Shown here piece by piece: positions 12,550 through 26,961 of a stretch of 64,000 bases of DNA. The first letter of the stretch is position 1, and every line of letters starts with the position of its first letter. The position numbers and the translations under genes were made by a program. The notes below the pieces were generated by a model. That model saw only the letters and a list, made by a program, of their open reading frames with translations, searched no databases and was not told the origin of the DNA. Source of the stretch: Azolla caroliniana (Eukaryota > Plantae > Polypodiophyta); NCBI GenBank assembly GCA_043228905.1, contig JBHGNT010000005.1:24800001-24864000 (forward strand), in the 5' to 3' direction.

Positions 12550-15500
12550 GGTATGACTCTAGCTTTTGGTCTGTCTCTTGTTCTGTCTAGGGGGTGGTCA
12601 AGTGGTTCCATGCTCCTTTTTCCTTTCTTCAGTTTATAATTCCTTATGTTTTGCTTAAATAATTAGTTAAGACTCTGACACATACCAAACAATAAGGTTG
12701 TGACATGTTCAAAAATAGAAATTTGGGGGTTGTCATACCATTTGCATTTAGCATTTTGAGAACGTATTCTTTTGTGATTGAAACTTCTATATCAACAAGG
12801 TAGCCAAATTTCAAATGATACAAGATATTAATTTATTTTATCACAAAAGAAAAAGTGTTCGTTAACAAATTATGAATCTTGTAAGTGTTTATATTTCCAG
12901 TGGTGGTATGTTGATGCTTTGACTACATCCGTTTTTAAACAAAGAATTGATCATTCTGCATTGCGTTCCACAACTCTATTCCATCATTTTCAAATAAATG
13001 CATTATGTTTCAACTCCATCTGTATTTTGGTAGAGATGTGCACTTCATTTTATGTTGTTTCAAAAATCATATTTGATGGAGACAAAAAAGGCAAAAAATT
13101 GGTTTGCAAAACAAGACAATACATGATAAAACACAATATAGAAGTATTGTTTTCATACCGAACATAATGAACTTTAATGCATGGGCATTTGTGTTTGGTC
13201 CACACTACACAACAAATCAGTGGAAATACACATTGTTTGGAACCAAAGGAACAAGAGAATTGTTGTGACAAAGTCATTGTTCATAAAAAATGATAAAATA
13301 TGAAATTAAGATTTTGATGGATCTATAGGTTGTTACACTAAGTATCAAGACTATGGTTAACATATCTTCTTGCAAATGCTCCTCATCTATTTACCCATTC
13401 ATGGTAATGTTTGTGCTTTGGAAACAAAGATTATGAGTTTTTTTTTGGCTTTTAGTTTGAGATCATCTAAGTTGACATTTTGGTCACACAAATTCACTTC
13501 ACATTAAAAACAAGACTATTGCATTCTCAAGGCAATTCTAATGAAGAATGTAATCAAATATCGACCAACGACTAAGAAATCATGACATTTATTATTATTA
13601 TGAATGACTACTGAGTTGCCTTTCTCAACAATTTGATATGAGTTTTGATTAGTATGATTTGAAGAAAAGCAAAAGCATTCAAGACTACTCATGGATTATA
13701 GATGTTCGTTGATGTCAAGAGTGAAGCCAAAAACGATAATGAGTCAAAAAAAGAAATAGGAGTATGTATTAGCTAGAGACAAGAGTGTGTTGAATCTTGA
13801 CATTGAATCAAAATTATTTGAGAATGTAAACAAATTTTGTATATGTAGTAACATTGAACTCATGCACAATTGCTACCTAGTGTTGAGTATCTGTGGTACG
13901 TAGCACAATCCATGAAGACATCAACATTGAAGTTGGAAATATAGACCAAGAGTAAGACCAAGAAATGGGAAATAGAACAAAGATGGCCTTAGATCTTGAG
14001 GCGTAATGGTCTTCCCAATGTGAAAGGGGACAAACCTTTTTGTAAGTGAGTTATACAATTAATTTTTGTGCCTTTTTTAGCTTATTCATCAAGCTAGAGC
14101 ATCCTCTCTCCTTTGCTCCCATATACTTGATGTGGGTTGTGAGATTAAGTTTAAATGTTACTTAGCCAAACCTCGATAACTCCTTTTGTATATGGTGGTT
14201 TACTTATCTGCTTAATTGAAGTGTTTTTAGTACAATTATGTGTAAACGCTTTCTTTTGCACTAGTGTGCCTTTGCAATGTACTAGCTAATTTAGCCAGGT
14301 GCGAGCAGTTAGCGGCTCGACAATGATTAACAACCACTCCCACCCAATTCTCCATTAATAGGATATACAATCACCCAAACCCCTTCGCAAATTATATTTG
14401 CAACTATGTGTACTTTGTGTGAAACATCTACAACTGATATACCTAATGTTTGGTTATTATGCTTAATGTTGCGAGACCATTTTATTGCAAAAATATTAAA
14501 TTAACATTTGTACATATTAAATTGGAAAAGGACTAAGTATTATTATATTTTTGTCTAAAAAAATAAATTATAGTGGCCAAATTTGAAGGTTCTCAATTGG
14601 GTGTTGATGGCCTTGAATCTCGAAAAAAAACACAATGTGAAATATGTGAATGCTCCACTTAAATCGTTTGGCCGTGAACTAGATGACCCTTAGCAATTGT
14701 ATTTGTAGAGACTTTTTGATGCTCAAGAATTGTCCAACGAGAGTGCTAGGTTGTATTTGCGAACCCCACAAGACGTAAAGAATCAACCCAATAATTTTGT
14801 TGGTAATTGCTAATACAATGAAGACTCCAAGGTTTGATAACGTGTCTTTGGATTATTGATGAAAGAGAATTAATAAGAGATATTTAACAACTTGCAAAAC
14901 TTGAAAACAAATTGTGGCTCACGATCATTGAGAATGTTGTTTGGGAAATCACTTCAAAACAATTTCCCCCATTATAATATCACTTGCCTCTTGATTGCTA
15001 ACTATGGGACATGCAACCAATTCACCTTCTAACCATAGGACAACAAGTGTAGCATGTCGTAGAAGCCACTTTATTGAATAGCAAGGTGCATGGTAGGAAA
15101 TCTTAAACCTTACAATATTGCAATATGTAGAGCCGAAGATTGCTTGTTGGTGGCAACACCCAAGAATACTAATAACTTTGATGCAAACCCACTAATTCCA
15201 TACGATACTACATGTAAGACAAAGAAACACCCTCTTTCAAGGATAATATACCACAACTAAACATCCCTAGTGGTTTAGAGAAAGACGAAAGCGATGTAGC
15301 CCTGTTGCGACAATTACTAACACTTACAATACAATTGTTCTTTAGGGACTATGTTTACACCGGGGGGGGGGGGGGGGGGGGGGGGAGGTAGGTAGTATTA
15401 CCTTCCATTAAATTCATACTACTTTTCATTATGAGAGTGGGTGAAATATGATATGTCCTTAACATTGAATTCAACTACTATTCTCTTACATTGGAAGGAG

Positions 15501-16781
15501 GTGGTGTGAGTCCCACCACATGTGTGCTCACATCACTTGATGACATTTGCTTTTCTTTTTTTCCTCCACTTTTCCTTCATTTTTCATACTATAGGTTTGG
15601 GCTTTTCCTCCTCTATTCCTCTCTTCCACCATTGGCTTAGGAATGATTAACAAATGTCCATACTGTTGTTGCTAACAATATAATGGACAACAATTTGGTT
15701 ACACAAACGGCCTTGGTTGGGAGTTATAACTCGAGCCAAGACAAAAACACGTGCTTGGTGTTATTTGCCTCCAATCGACATAACACCCAAATTATATATA
15801 TGCGTTGTTGTATTTTGGTTTAAAATGATCATATCGAGCCCATCCAACTTTTAATCAACGTCATATACTTGCATATGATGTATGGGTGTACCATGTCTTT
15901 GACATACTTCTCAAGGATCCTATTGATTGTAGTGTAAGAGTATTGTATCTTTGCTATATAGATTGTAGCAGAAGAGCAATATATCATGACTAGGTGTGCC
16001 TCCAATATCATAAACTTTCGAAGATGATACTTTAATGATTGTTCCGTCAAATTTATTAATGCATAATTGTAAGAGTGTGGGCATCATTGTTCCGCTTCTA
16101 GATTGTGAGTAAATTGATAAGATAAGTTGACATTAAATTTTAACATTCATTTTACTTATTGATACATCATACAACCTTGTTACTACATTCTAATATTCAA
16201 TCAAGTTAACCTTATCCATGTAATTTTGAAATACCTCTTCCAAGGACCATATCAAATGTTCTCTTGAAATTTACTAAGAAACAAAAGTGTGTGTGGGCTT
16301 TAAACAACATCAAAGGTGAAATATCATCTTTGGGACCAAAGTGAAACATTTCCTATGTGTGGAGTTGTCATGCAACTCTCAATTCTCAAAGTGTTTTACT
16401 TATGAAGAGACAATGTACATTGTGGTGCAAATTGCGACTAAGAGACACCTACGTCTTACCATTGATATTGTACATATTGCCTAAGAGAAAAACTAGTTAG
16501 TTTAAGCTAAGTCAAAGGAATGATTACAATGGTGCTAGTGCTAGTTGAGTGGATACCTTTTCCAATTAACCTTTTATTTTATAAATGAATTATAATTGTA
16601 GGAACAAATATCTAGCATGATGGATTATAGAAGCATGTGTTGTCACAATAATTTAAATGTTTACAAGTATTAAGTTATTGTGTATGCTTAAGGTTGAATC
16701 GGAGCTATTCATAAGGATTCTAGTTGGGAAAATCTTTAGTAAACATGGAGATGCTTGTGTGGCCAAAAGATGCTTGTTCTC

Positions 16782-19700
16782 TCATGTGATTAGTTTTCGC
16801 GTGGATTTGAGCCAATTGAGTATGTTGTGTGCGGTGCAAAAGGCAATGGCTTGGACGGTAACCATGGGATTTACTCCCAAGGCAGTTGGAAAAACACTTG
16901 TATCACCTACAAAGAGCCCCTCGACCTCCCAGGCCTCACAGGTGGGATCAACACTCGATTTGGCCGGATCAACCCCCATACGACATGTTCCCATTTGATG
17001 GGCAGATTGAATCAAGAAGTCGAGCCCACGAATGCCTCGCGATTGAACATGTGCCAAATAAGCATCTAGGTCATCTTGGGCGAGGGAGCATTTGTCGCCG
17101 TGAACACTCATGGTCCCGATCTCAGTGACACCAGGAGCAGCTGCTAGCACACGTAGGGCTACTCCGAGTGCCTCCAAAGACATTGCCTTATCATGGTCAC
17201 ATAAGTTATAATTCACACTAATCCTACCATTGCTAGCTTCGGTGACTACACCGGATGTTCGATCTCTGGCGAGGGTGAAAATGACACATGTTCGAGAGTA
17301 CCTTTGCAACATGGATTTGTATTGGGCACTTGATACCCATGGTACTAAAAAGCTGAAAGCCCCTGGAAGCATGCTTGGAGTTTGTAGTAGAGCACCATAT
17401 CCATCTCTTTTGTTCTGCCCACCCACCTCTCTACTACATGCGCTGATTAGGCTCCCTTCAAACATTCGGTCTTGATCGTTCTCCCCGGCCTTCGTTGGTC
17501 TATATCCCCACGCGAGAATAGAAGGATGTAAGTGTAAATTTCTTCCTATGTGTGCATTTTGCAAGCCACTTCGCTTTAGTAACAATGGTGTATTCAATGC
17601 TCCACCGGCGGCCACCACGATATTTGTCTCCACATACAACTTCCCATTTAGCACATTGGCCACTAATCCAGTTGCAATCTTCTTCTTCCGATTCCCTGCT
17701 TTTAGAAGAATCTCCTCCGCATAACAACCCGCCAAGATCAGCGCACCTGCCGATGCGGCATCGACTAACCAAGTCTCCGCAGTCGATTGCTTTGCACCGT
17801 TTGGGCAGCCACATTCACACCAACCACAATAATGCTCACCTAAAGCATTGCATGGCACATCCTCCACATGAAGCCCCAACTTCTCACACCCTTCCCTAAG
17901 TGTCTTGTTTTGGAAAGACTCCTTCTTGTATCCCACCTTCACTTGCATCCGCTCGCATACCGCATCCATTGCTTGCTGATACCTCTTTTCTCTAAAGAGT
18001 CCGAGCTTGTGCTCGTCGGCCCACTCACGAAGCACGTGATCGGGTGTTCTTAAGGATGCGGACCAATTGACCGTGGAACCTCCTCCAACACTAGTCCCGG
18101 CTTTGATAAGTACTTGGGCATTTTCAGTGGTAATGCTATTAGGGCCTTCTAGCATACTCATGCAGCTTGGACCTTCAATATGAGAGAAGTCCCCTCTTGC
18201 AAAGTACTCCCCTTTTTCGATTACTAGTATCTTTAAGCCGGCTTTGGCCAAGACCCCAGCTATGACACCCCCTCCAGATCCTGACCCCACTACTACCGCG
18301 TCGCATTTCACCGTCAAGTCTTTCCCCTTCTTGTTCTTGTCACCCCTCATTCTTCTCATTCCTTGCATATAAGAGTTTCCTTCATGAACCGGGAACCCGA
18401 AATCCCTCAGCTTTGCACATAGAGCCGTTTCTTCCTTCACATTAATCACCCTCCCTTCCAATGGTCGCTTCTCATGCTTGAATTGCGTATAATCGGGCAT
18501 GTAGTATCCCATGGCCTTCCAAGCCGGGTTGTACCCACGATGATCAGCCTGCAAAGATGTCAACTGTCAGCTCACAAACTTACATCAATGTAAAGTTAAA
18601 AAGATGCAAGTTTAGGCCAGAGACCCTTCATGGTGCAATCATATTCTCTTACTGAAAATATGACAAGATACTCTCAAGCTCTCTCTCTCTCTCGTAATTA
18701 TCTTACCCTAGTGGTAAGTTTTTATAGTACAAACACTATGTCTTGGGTTAGCTTACCCTAGTGGTAAGTTGTTACATTACAAGCCCTATGTCTTGGGTTT
18801 GAAACCCAATTTTCTCACCTCTCTATTATATACTTCATATATATCTCTTAATTTACTAGATGCCACTATGGAATGTAGGGGTTGAACCCATACTTCAATA
18901 CATATCTCTTAATTCACTAGATGCCACTGTGGAATGTAGGGGTTGAACCCATACACCTCCTGGTCGTCTCCATTGGGCAACCTTACCAACTGAGTTGCAC
19001 CAATCTGAGTACTCTCTCTCTTGGTGGTTTACATCATAGCATCAAACTCATAAATTTAAGAGAGCCCAACTTCCATCCATCACAGTGGGCTCAACCCCAT
19101 TCCGTAAATTGCATTGATCTCTCATAGGCAGACATTAATAACTTACTATATTCTATCATTCTCAATTCTAATACAGCAGGTGGTGCCAGACAAGGAGTAA
19201 ACTTAACCCGAGCAAACGAGGAGGAGCGATATAGATAGAGGACTTACCCGAGCAAAGAAGCTCCACGCAATGGTGCTCTTGAGCACCTTGAAGATGACTT
19301 GGAAGATAAAGAAGGAGCTAGTGGCCCACCTCCTCAAGATCCTCTCTCGAGCCTCTAATGGGAGCCTGGAGAAGGTCTCAAGAGAGTAGTAATAAGTTGT
19401 GGGTATGGTAAACCAAGTGGCATTCTTCCTCTTCTTCTTCACAATGCAATCTAAGCCGCATAACAGAAGAGTTCCAAGTGTTGTGCTGAGCAATAAGATA
19501 GCTAAACTTGTGGCATAGAGTTGAATAGGGCTCAGTAGCTTCCTGAACAAGCCTGCTGCCTGCATACACACACACAAACACAATACATACAATCAACAAT
19601 TATATGAAACGAAGAGGTAAGATCATCATCATCGTTGGCTTCTTCTTCTTTCTCACATCATCAGAGATTCATCAGAATCACCATCAATTCTTCACCCTCT

Positions 19701-20133
19701 TTCATCAAAACAATGAATTCGTTTATTATCACCACTTGGGCATCATGAAAAGCAGCAAAATTTTCAGGTAAAATCCATAACCTTAAGAGGGCTGCAGAGA
19801 AGTTCTACTTACATGAGCAGGCACATCCCAATCGGAGGCCGAAAGCTTGTAAAATGCGTGGATGTCAGGATCGGATTTAACATCATTGGCATCATCCAGG
19901 CGAACATTAGCATTACCAGAAGGAGGAGGAGGAGGAGGAGGAGGTAAGGAAGCGAAGATTGTATCGCTGATGGAGGTAAGAACTTCCATTTGAGCAGGAG
20001 AGAAACTATGGGGGAAAGGGGGCTGGCCTCCTCTCAGAAGAGGATGAGGATGAGGATGAGGATGATCACGATCGTGCAGGTGTTGGTTTCCATGGCCATT
20101 TAGGGTTCCATTTTCACAGCTTTTCTCCATCAT
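16782..20133 (-). CDS. FAO: Long-chain fatty alcohol oxidase (GMC oxidoreductase); exons 20133-19813, 19559-19248, 18548-16782; ~799 aa
   Basis: FAD motif DAVVVGSGSGGG, GTSVGGGSTVNWSA, HYCGWC.GCP, IGRNLHLHP, SAHQMGTCRMG, FPTALGVNPMVT and the plant FAO N-terminal HPLLRGG motif. GT-AG phase-0 introns join the three exons in frame. Confidence 0.95.
18700..18812 (+). mobile_element. tRNA-derived SINE-like fragments (partial tandem pair) in FAO intron 2
   Basis: A-box-like CTTACCCTAGTGGTAAG twice and B-box-like GGGTTTGAAACCC. Related reverse-complement copies at ~46245-46445 and ~47555-47580. Confidence 0.5.
18832..19001 (-). mobile_element. Second tRNA-like SINE with duplicated 3' part
   Basis: Minus strand reads GCAACTCAGTTGGTAAGG (A box) ... 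GGGTTCAACCCC (B box); the B-box segment is repeated with ~61-bp period. Confidence 0.5.
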
Positions 20134-23100
20134 TGTTTGCTCTGTGTCTACAGATGGCGTTCTGATCCTCCGTGTGCTGTTGCTCCTTCTTGACGCATTA
20201 GAGGGAATTGGATATGGAAGCTCGGGTATGATGATGAGTATGTGTGTTGCGATGCGAGAGTAAGTGCTACATGTACATGCAGAAATTGGCTTCAGCACAA
20301 AGACATGGATTTGGGCAATTTATAGAAGAAGAAGAAGAACTTTAGAGAAAGAAGGCATGGCATGGGACCAAGAAAGCACAGAGGTTTTAAGAGCCATTAT
20401 TATGAAAAAGAGACATGCTGATTCTTACCCTTCTTCTTCTTCTTCTTCTTCTTCTTCTTCTTCCTCAAAAGACAAAAAAAAAAAAAGGTGGTTTAGATGA
20501 TTTATTATTATTATTATTATTTTTAACTATTACCATAATTTTCTGATTGGTTGGACACCATGTGGCTCCACCATAGCTAACCCAAAAATAATAATAACAA
20601 AAAAAAAAGCTTCCCATAGCTTTATGATCTGAATGAAGAACTTGAAGGCAATGGAAAACACCCTATCCTATCTATTTATTGGTTTGAAGTCCCTGTAGTA
20701 GGCTTTCTCAAGCACCACTGAGGATTTTTTATTTTTAATTTTTTACGTGTGTCTGCGAGTGAGTACGAGAACGAAAGATTTTGCCACAGGATTTGTGCGG
20801 GCGAATACCGATCGCACTTAGTGTCCTCTAATCAGGAGCTCATCCAGAGATTAGGAACGTTAGAGATAAGAAATACGCGGCTTAAGTTGATTAGACACAA
20901 GGCCGGAAAAGTGTGACACCTCTTTTCATCGATTCGAACACCTCTTTTTGTTTTTTAAACTCGAACATATTTGATTGTAGTGGGACATACATAGTTCTTT
21001 AGGGTAGAGGCCAAAGGAGAACGAGACTTTGACAAGTTTCAATTGTAGTGGGTCGTGGTTGCTTGTCTGCCTTGCCTCATTGAATTATGGTTGTTGGGGC
21101 GAATTTATTGAATGGATATCTCTAACACGATTAATGATCTTCCTTTAAGGTAACGTTTGATCTTTCATTGAGATCGCATTGGGTCTTTCGTTGAGGTCAC
21201 ATTGAATATGTTGAAAATATGATGCTCATCTCCCATGGAGATTCACATTGAATATCATGAAAATGGTAATGATCTATCCTCAGGTGGGTGATCTCAGTTG
21301 TTGAGGAACATCTAATCTCTTATCACTTGGTAAGCAATAGCCCATTTAGTGCCTCATTGTCACTGTGTGCAACAACTTATGTTATTGCAAGCGAATCCCG
21401 ACAAAATGTATGTTGCAAGACATCATAAAATCACCAAGCTTATACGACCACCCACTAACGTGTATTAAGTGTGGACACTATGAAGAATTATTGAGAGAGA
21501 GAGAGAGAGATTGCACATTGAGAAGCATATAACTTCGATTTTTTACTTGCTCAAAGCGGGAAAATGAAATGCAAATGAGGATCAAGTTAAATTATATGCG
21601 GTGGAAGAATCCTAATTTTTTGTGGACAAGAACTAATGCAATACTTGAGACCTTATAATCGGTATTCCAGGTTTTGGTAAAAGTTCAAGGGTATTAATTA
21701 ATACATATGGTTATTCCGGGTCTATACATACGTACAAAAGTTATCATATTCATGGGAAGCACACATCACCATATTCATGAAACACACATTTTTCATACAA
21801 GGGCATCACTACACAATACCAATTAATTATTATTCCTCTTTGTGGAACTAGAGTTATTTATCATCTCGTTAGAAACTAAAAGCTAAAACCCATTGAGTTC
21901 TTCGTGTGTGATAGTTGTCACTTGACATAAAGAAACTCAGCGTGTCCTTAAGGCAACTTAGCAAAAGTTCATGTGTAGGATGCAAGCTCATGATTTAAAG
22001 GGTCCGTAAAGTATTTATTCGTACAAGTGTATTTAAGATGTAGAGCTCTTACATAGCTTTGAGTAAAAACTTATTCACATTCAAAATACCAATGAACAAG
22101 TGCTTCAACTAGGAATCATTAAGTTATAAAAAAATCATTTCAAAAATTGAGCTTTTACTCTCTGATTTTAATATCCTCTTTCATGTGAAATTCTTTCTAG
22201 GTGTGTAAGGCATATGACCTTGCTAGGATTTGGGCTTGGGCTGTGTCTATGTCAACTTGTTTGCATTCACGACTCCCACGATCCCTATTTTAATACTTCA
22301 AGGCCTTATGACAACCATTGCCATCACAATGTTTGCATGTGTGTGTATGAAAAAAAACTAAAACCACATTGGGCCTATGCATAATCCAATATAAACAACT
22401 AAAAGTGATACCTAGAACAATAACACATTTCATGCAATATGTAAACTACAAGTAATAGTTCAGTTATGCAATCGTGAATTTTGTTAATGCTACAAACGAA
22501 AACTTTTCTTTTCAACTTCTCAAATTTATTGTGATCCATTTCTAGATTTTACCACAGCGAAGTTGTTGCAAAAATGAACAACTAAATTGAAAACAATGAT
22601 CTCTCAAAGATACTACAAGAGTCACTTTTTTTTCAAACAAGAAATGTAGAAACTCAATATTTTATTTGGAAATTAACCGGTCTTTTATTGTAATGTATGT
22701 GAAATGAATAAATATTGATAGGATCTCTTGAATATGTGCTCAACAATACAAACTAAACATGTGACATGAAGGAGGTCTAATGATTACCAATTAATATCAA
22801 CATTTACATTTTATGTTTTGAACTCATGGTTGAGTTAGGGCTATCTATCTATCTATCCATCCATCCATCTATCTATATATCTATGGCTCCATATATCTAT
22901 CTATTTATATGAACATGAATGTATATAAAATCAAATGGTTTGAGTTAAGAAATCAACCATCCACATATAAGAACCCGAATCGGGAGTGACACGTAGGATG
23001 AGGTTGTAATATTTAATGCAAATGATATAAGTCTTGTAACTCTTAATGTTCGAGTGCAATCCATTTATGTTATAAGGAGGAACTTTACTTCATTCGTTAG

Positions 23101-24877
23101 TATCGCCTTATTTCAATTATTAACTAGCAATCTATGATGAACACAAACACTACTAAGCCATTGGTCATTTTAAACGACCCAATGCCAATTAGTGATACAT
23201 ATGTGACCCCTATCTCTCTCATCTCTTCGTATTCATATTCCTGCTCTCACATACTATTATTTGCGAGGCTCCCAAACCACTCAAGAGAAGAATGAGACTC
23301 CCTCTCTGTAAACTAATAAGAGCCACTGGGAATCATTAGAGGCTCGAGTCAAGAGTATGTTGTACAATCAATATCAGGCATCTCATGGGATTGTGTTAAC
23401 ATGACCAATCTCACCATTTTTTATTTGTTTTTAGTGTTTTTGAATTTGATTTCTGGCACAATATATCGTTTGGACTCATAAGGCAATTAACTTCATCTTG
23501 TTCGTATAAACTAGTAATTAAACAGACTTAAAACTATAACTAAGGGGTAAGTACACATTTTGTGAAATTCTCTCTCTTACATGTACCCATAACCACATGA
23601 ACAATGAAACAATATGACATCCTTCATAATAGAAAAGTAGGAATAAATTGTACATAAAGCTCGTAGAATATTGAATGCATACCAACTCTTTGGAAATATT
23701 GAATGAATATCATAGTAATAAACAAAATCCATCATAATAAGGGCAAAACTATCATTAGTTTCTTGCAATATTAATTATATTTGTAGTCAAAAAGGCAATT
23801 TACATTAATTGGCAGACAATGCTCCCAACATTTCTCAAATAAGCAAAAAAAACTTATAAGACGTATCTTCTTCTTCTTCTTTTCCCCAAAATGAAGCTAC
23901 TTTCCCATTAGTTAGGAAGGATTATTACAAAGAGACTGTACAAGGAGGCTTATACATAGATCGAGGAATCTCCCTCCGATCAGGTTCAAGTTTTGGTCTC
24001 AATGACCATTGACCACATTGGTCTCAATAGAATGTTAATACTCCCCCCCCCCCCCCCCCCCCCTCTCTAGGATCCACATACTTCAAAAATCATTTCCACA
24101 TTACGAAATCATTATAGAATTTAATCGGGGCTTTTCAAAAACAATAACACAATGGGCATGAAGTTGGAGTCTTATGGGGCTTTGCATGAGTCCACATGAG
24201 CAATCACTTCTTTTGGCAAATCTTTTTGGGCTATGTGAATTTCCAATTTTCTAACAAGTGAATGAGGGCGTTGCAAGTTACATTCTGTTTTGGTATCATT
24301 ATCCACAATGGCCTCTTTAGAGACATTAATATACATCTTCACTCTTATCATCCATTTATGCACTCTTTATATTAGAGGTTTACCTCTTCTTAAAATCACA
24401 ATTCAGAATTAGAACTCCAGGCGAGATAGAATAGGTTAATTATTTTTTAACATCCATAGAGAGGCCAATATGAACTCCTGGAAACCTAAGTACACAAGTT
24501 TTCTTCACGTGTATCTCCTTCCTAAGAAGGGATATTCACACTTCGAAGCACAAATTCTCGATATGTAAAAAGGTATACACATTATGAGCTCCTTCTAGGT
24601 GTTCCCTTTGGTGTGATACTTGAGTCATCGCCCCCTCTTGATATGTCATCATAGTTGTTACGAATTGCACTATACATGGAGCATGTAAAAAGCAAGTGAT
24701 ATGAGTCATGACTCCTCTACAAGCCCTTTCTTGCATTCAGTACACGCCTTTACATTTGACAAATTTTGATGCCATAATGCAATTTCAATACCTTGCTTAT
24801 GTGTTCGAATGTAAAGGGGTGACAGGGCTCAATGAGAGTCGATACTCATGTTAGTAACGAAATAAATTTGAACACAA

Positions 24878-26270
24878 TCAATAGGACCTCATTACCTTAT
24901 ATTGAATCCAATATTGACAGTTGATGTTTACAATGTAATATTCTAATTTTTTCCTTTTAGCATCTAATTTACAATGTATATTGAGAGAGAGAGAATAGAC
25001 TAGAATAGATGTTTTATCATCCATAACGATGCCAATTTTGCCTATGGGTCCAAATCCAAATATCATCTTGTATGTGACTCCTTCGTAAAAAGGGGGGTTA
25101 CTACTATCTAATAAAAACTCTCTATGTGAAAATAATGCATGCATAAATTTGCTTATCCTTCTTGGTGGACATTTGGGTATGACACTTACATTATCATTCT
25201 TGTCCAACAAGTCATCATATTTCTCATGGATTACCTTATATGTTGAGCATGCGATAAGTAAGTAATATTCATCCTTCACTAGATTTTCATTGCATACCTT
25301 TATATTTGGGCAATGATGCTACCTCAACACTTAACTTGTGTGAGTGAGTTTGAAGAAGTATCAAGGATATATGAGAACTAAGGCTCCTTGGGGTAGTCAA
25401 ATGCAATTAGATAAGTTCTAGCATTTTTACCTTGTATTGGAGCCAACGTTGGGGTTTAATATTTGCAAATTTGACAATTTAACATCTTGCCACTTCATCA
25501 TTAGTGACTCTTGTAGTTTATCCTCGACATCACATTCTTCATAATATCACATGAGAGCTCCAATAGATAGGTTACTTTCCATCTCACAAACCATTTCGTG
25601 ATATCAAGCACTAACTAGATAAGATGATTTTTCTCTTATTAGTTTTTTGTACCTCGCATCCTATGTCAAGCTTGTTTTGACTATCTACAATCAAGAATAT
25701 TCTTGGCTAGTATTTATTTGGTCAAACACATGTTTCTTATAGCATGACAAGATAAGATGTTAAGGATTTAAACCCCAATACACATCCAAAGTGTGGTTTA
25801 TATATATATATCTCTTAATTGTAGTGAGATTATCATTAGCCTGCATTTCTTATACTATCTTTCTTTGCATGGGTAAATTGATGTTTTCAATATTAACAAG
25901 GAAACTTTGATAATATCGTGAAAGTTCCAAAGATGATGCCCAAATATCATCCGAAAGACTCTAGATCTTGTAGGAGTGTAGTTGACGCAATCCCAAGCAA
26001 AATAAGATATATAACAAAAAAAACCCATGTTTTATTAAAGCTAACACCACCTAGTTATCTACATGTTCGACATTACATCATTGACACAAGGCACACCCAC
26101 CAACCCCAACCTCCAAACAATGAACCTGATTGATTAGACGGAAACCTTTCCACATCAAAGTACACATAAGGTGTTTGAAGGATCAAAGAAAATGGCAATA
26201 ATAGAATTAGGAGAAGGATCATGGTCCTCATAAGCAATGAAGTTCTCGACAATGGGCTCAATGTCAAAAT
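24878..26270 (-). mobile_element. Degenerate LINE 3' region
   Basis: DEYYLLIACSTYKVIHEKY resembles the C-terminal EDExHFLLxC motif of LINE ORF2. Upstream sequence is heavily decayed and boundaries are approximate. Confidence 0.5.
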
Positions 26271-26961
26271 ATCTTGTCACCCTTCTGATGCCCTAAACCT
26301 CTCAAAAATGATAAGCTGAATAAGGTATCCCAACATACCTAAGACTATTGTATACCCAAAGACTATTACACAATGAAAACCTCTTCCCTAGTACGAAGAT
26401 AATTTCACGAGCTTCTCACAAGATGGCCTCATACAAAGATTGCAATATACAGATGTTTACATTGAGGGAGAAATCATGAGCTTCTCACAATACGCACTCA
26501 TAGATGTTTACATCGAGGGACAAACTGTGATAAAAGAAGAGATAAGAATGAGAAATTGATAGTGTGCTTAATTAAATATTATTAAAAAAAAAATTAATGA
26601 CAGTATCTGTAATGAGAATGGGTATTGGATTTATATTAGTAAATTAAAATAAATAATTTTGTCTCAGATACCATATTTTCTTGATCCATTTCATTGCACA
26701 AGTACAAATTGAGAAAACAATTAATCAATGTTTAAGAGTTTCACCATGTAATAAAATATTGGTTATGTCTTTGAGCCTGCTGAAACACAGGGAAAAGAAG
26801 AGATATGATGAAATGATTTTCTCAATTTAACCAAGAATAACAATCTAAAAACTTCTATACATGTGTTCAAATTAAATTTTCACATTTTATTCATTACTAA
26901 TCCTCAATCACTATAATTTATACAGATGCGAAGGCTTCAAACTCCGTCAGGTTCATTCACA

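Noticed and set aside
12600-16600. Possible old DNA-transposon or retroelement remnants downstream of FAO
   Set aside because: Too decayed; no TIR, TSD or diagnostic motif identified by eye.
18700-19001. Possible tRNA genes
   Set aside because: A/B-box-like motifs are present but no acceptor stem or cloverleaf could be drawn; treated as SINE-like.
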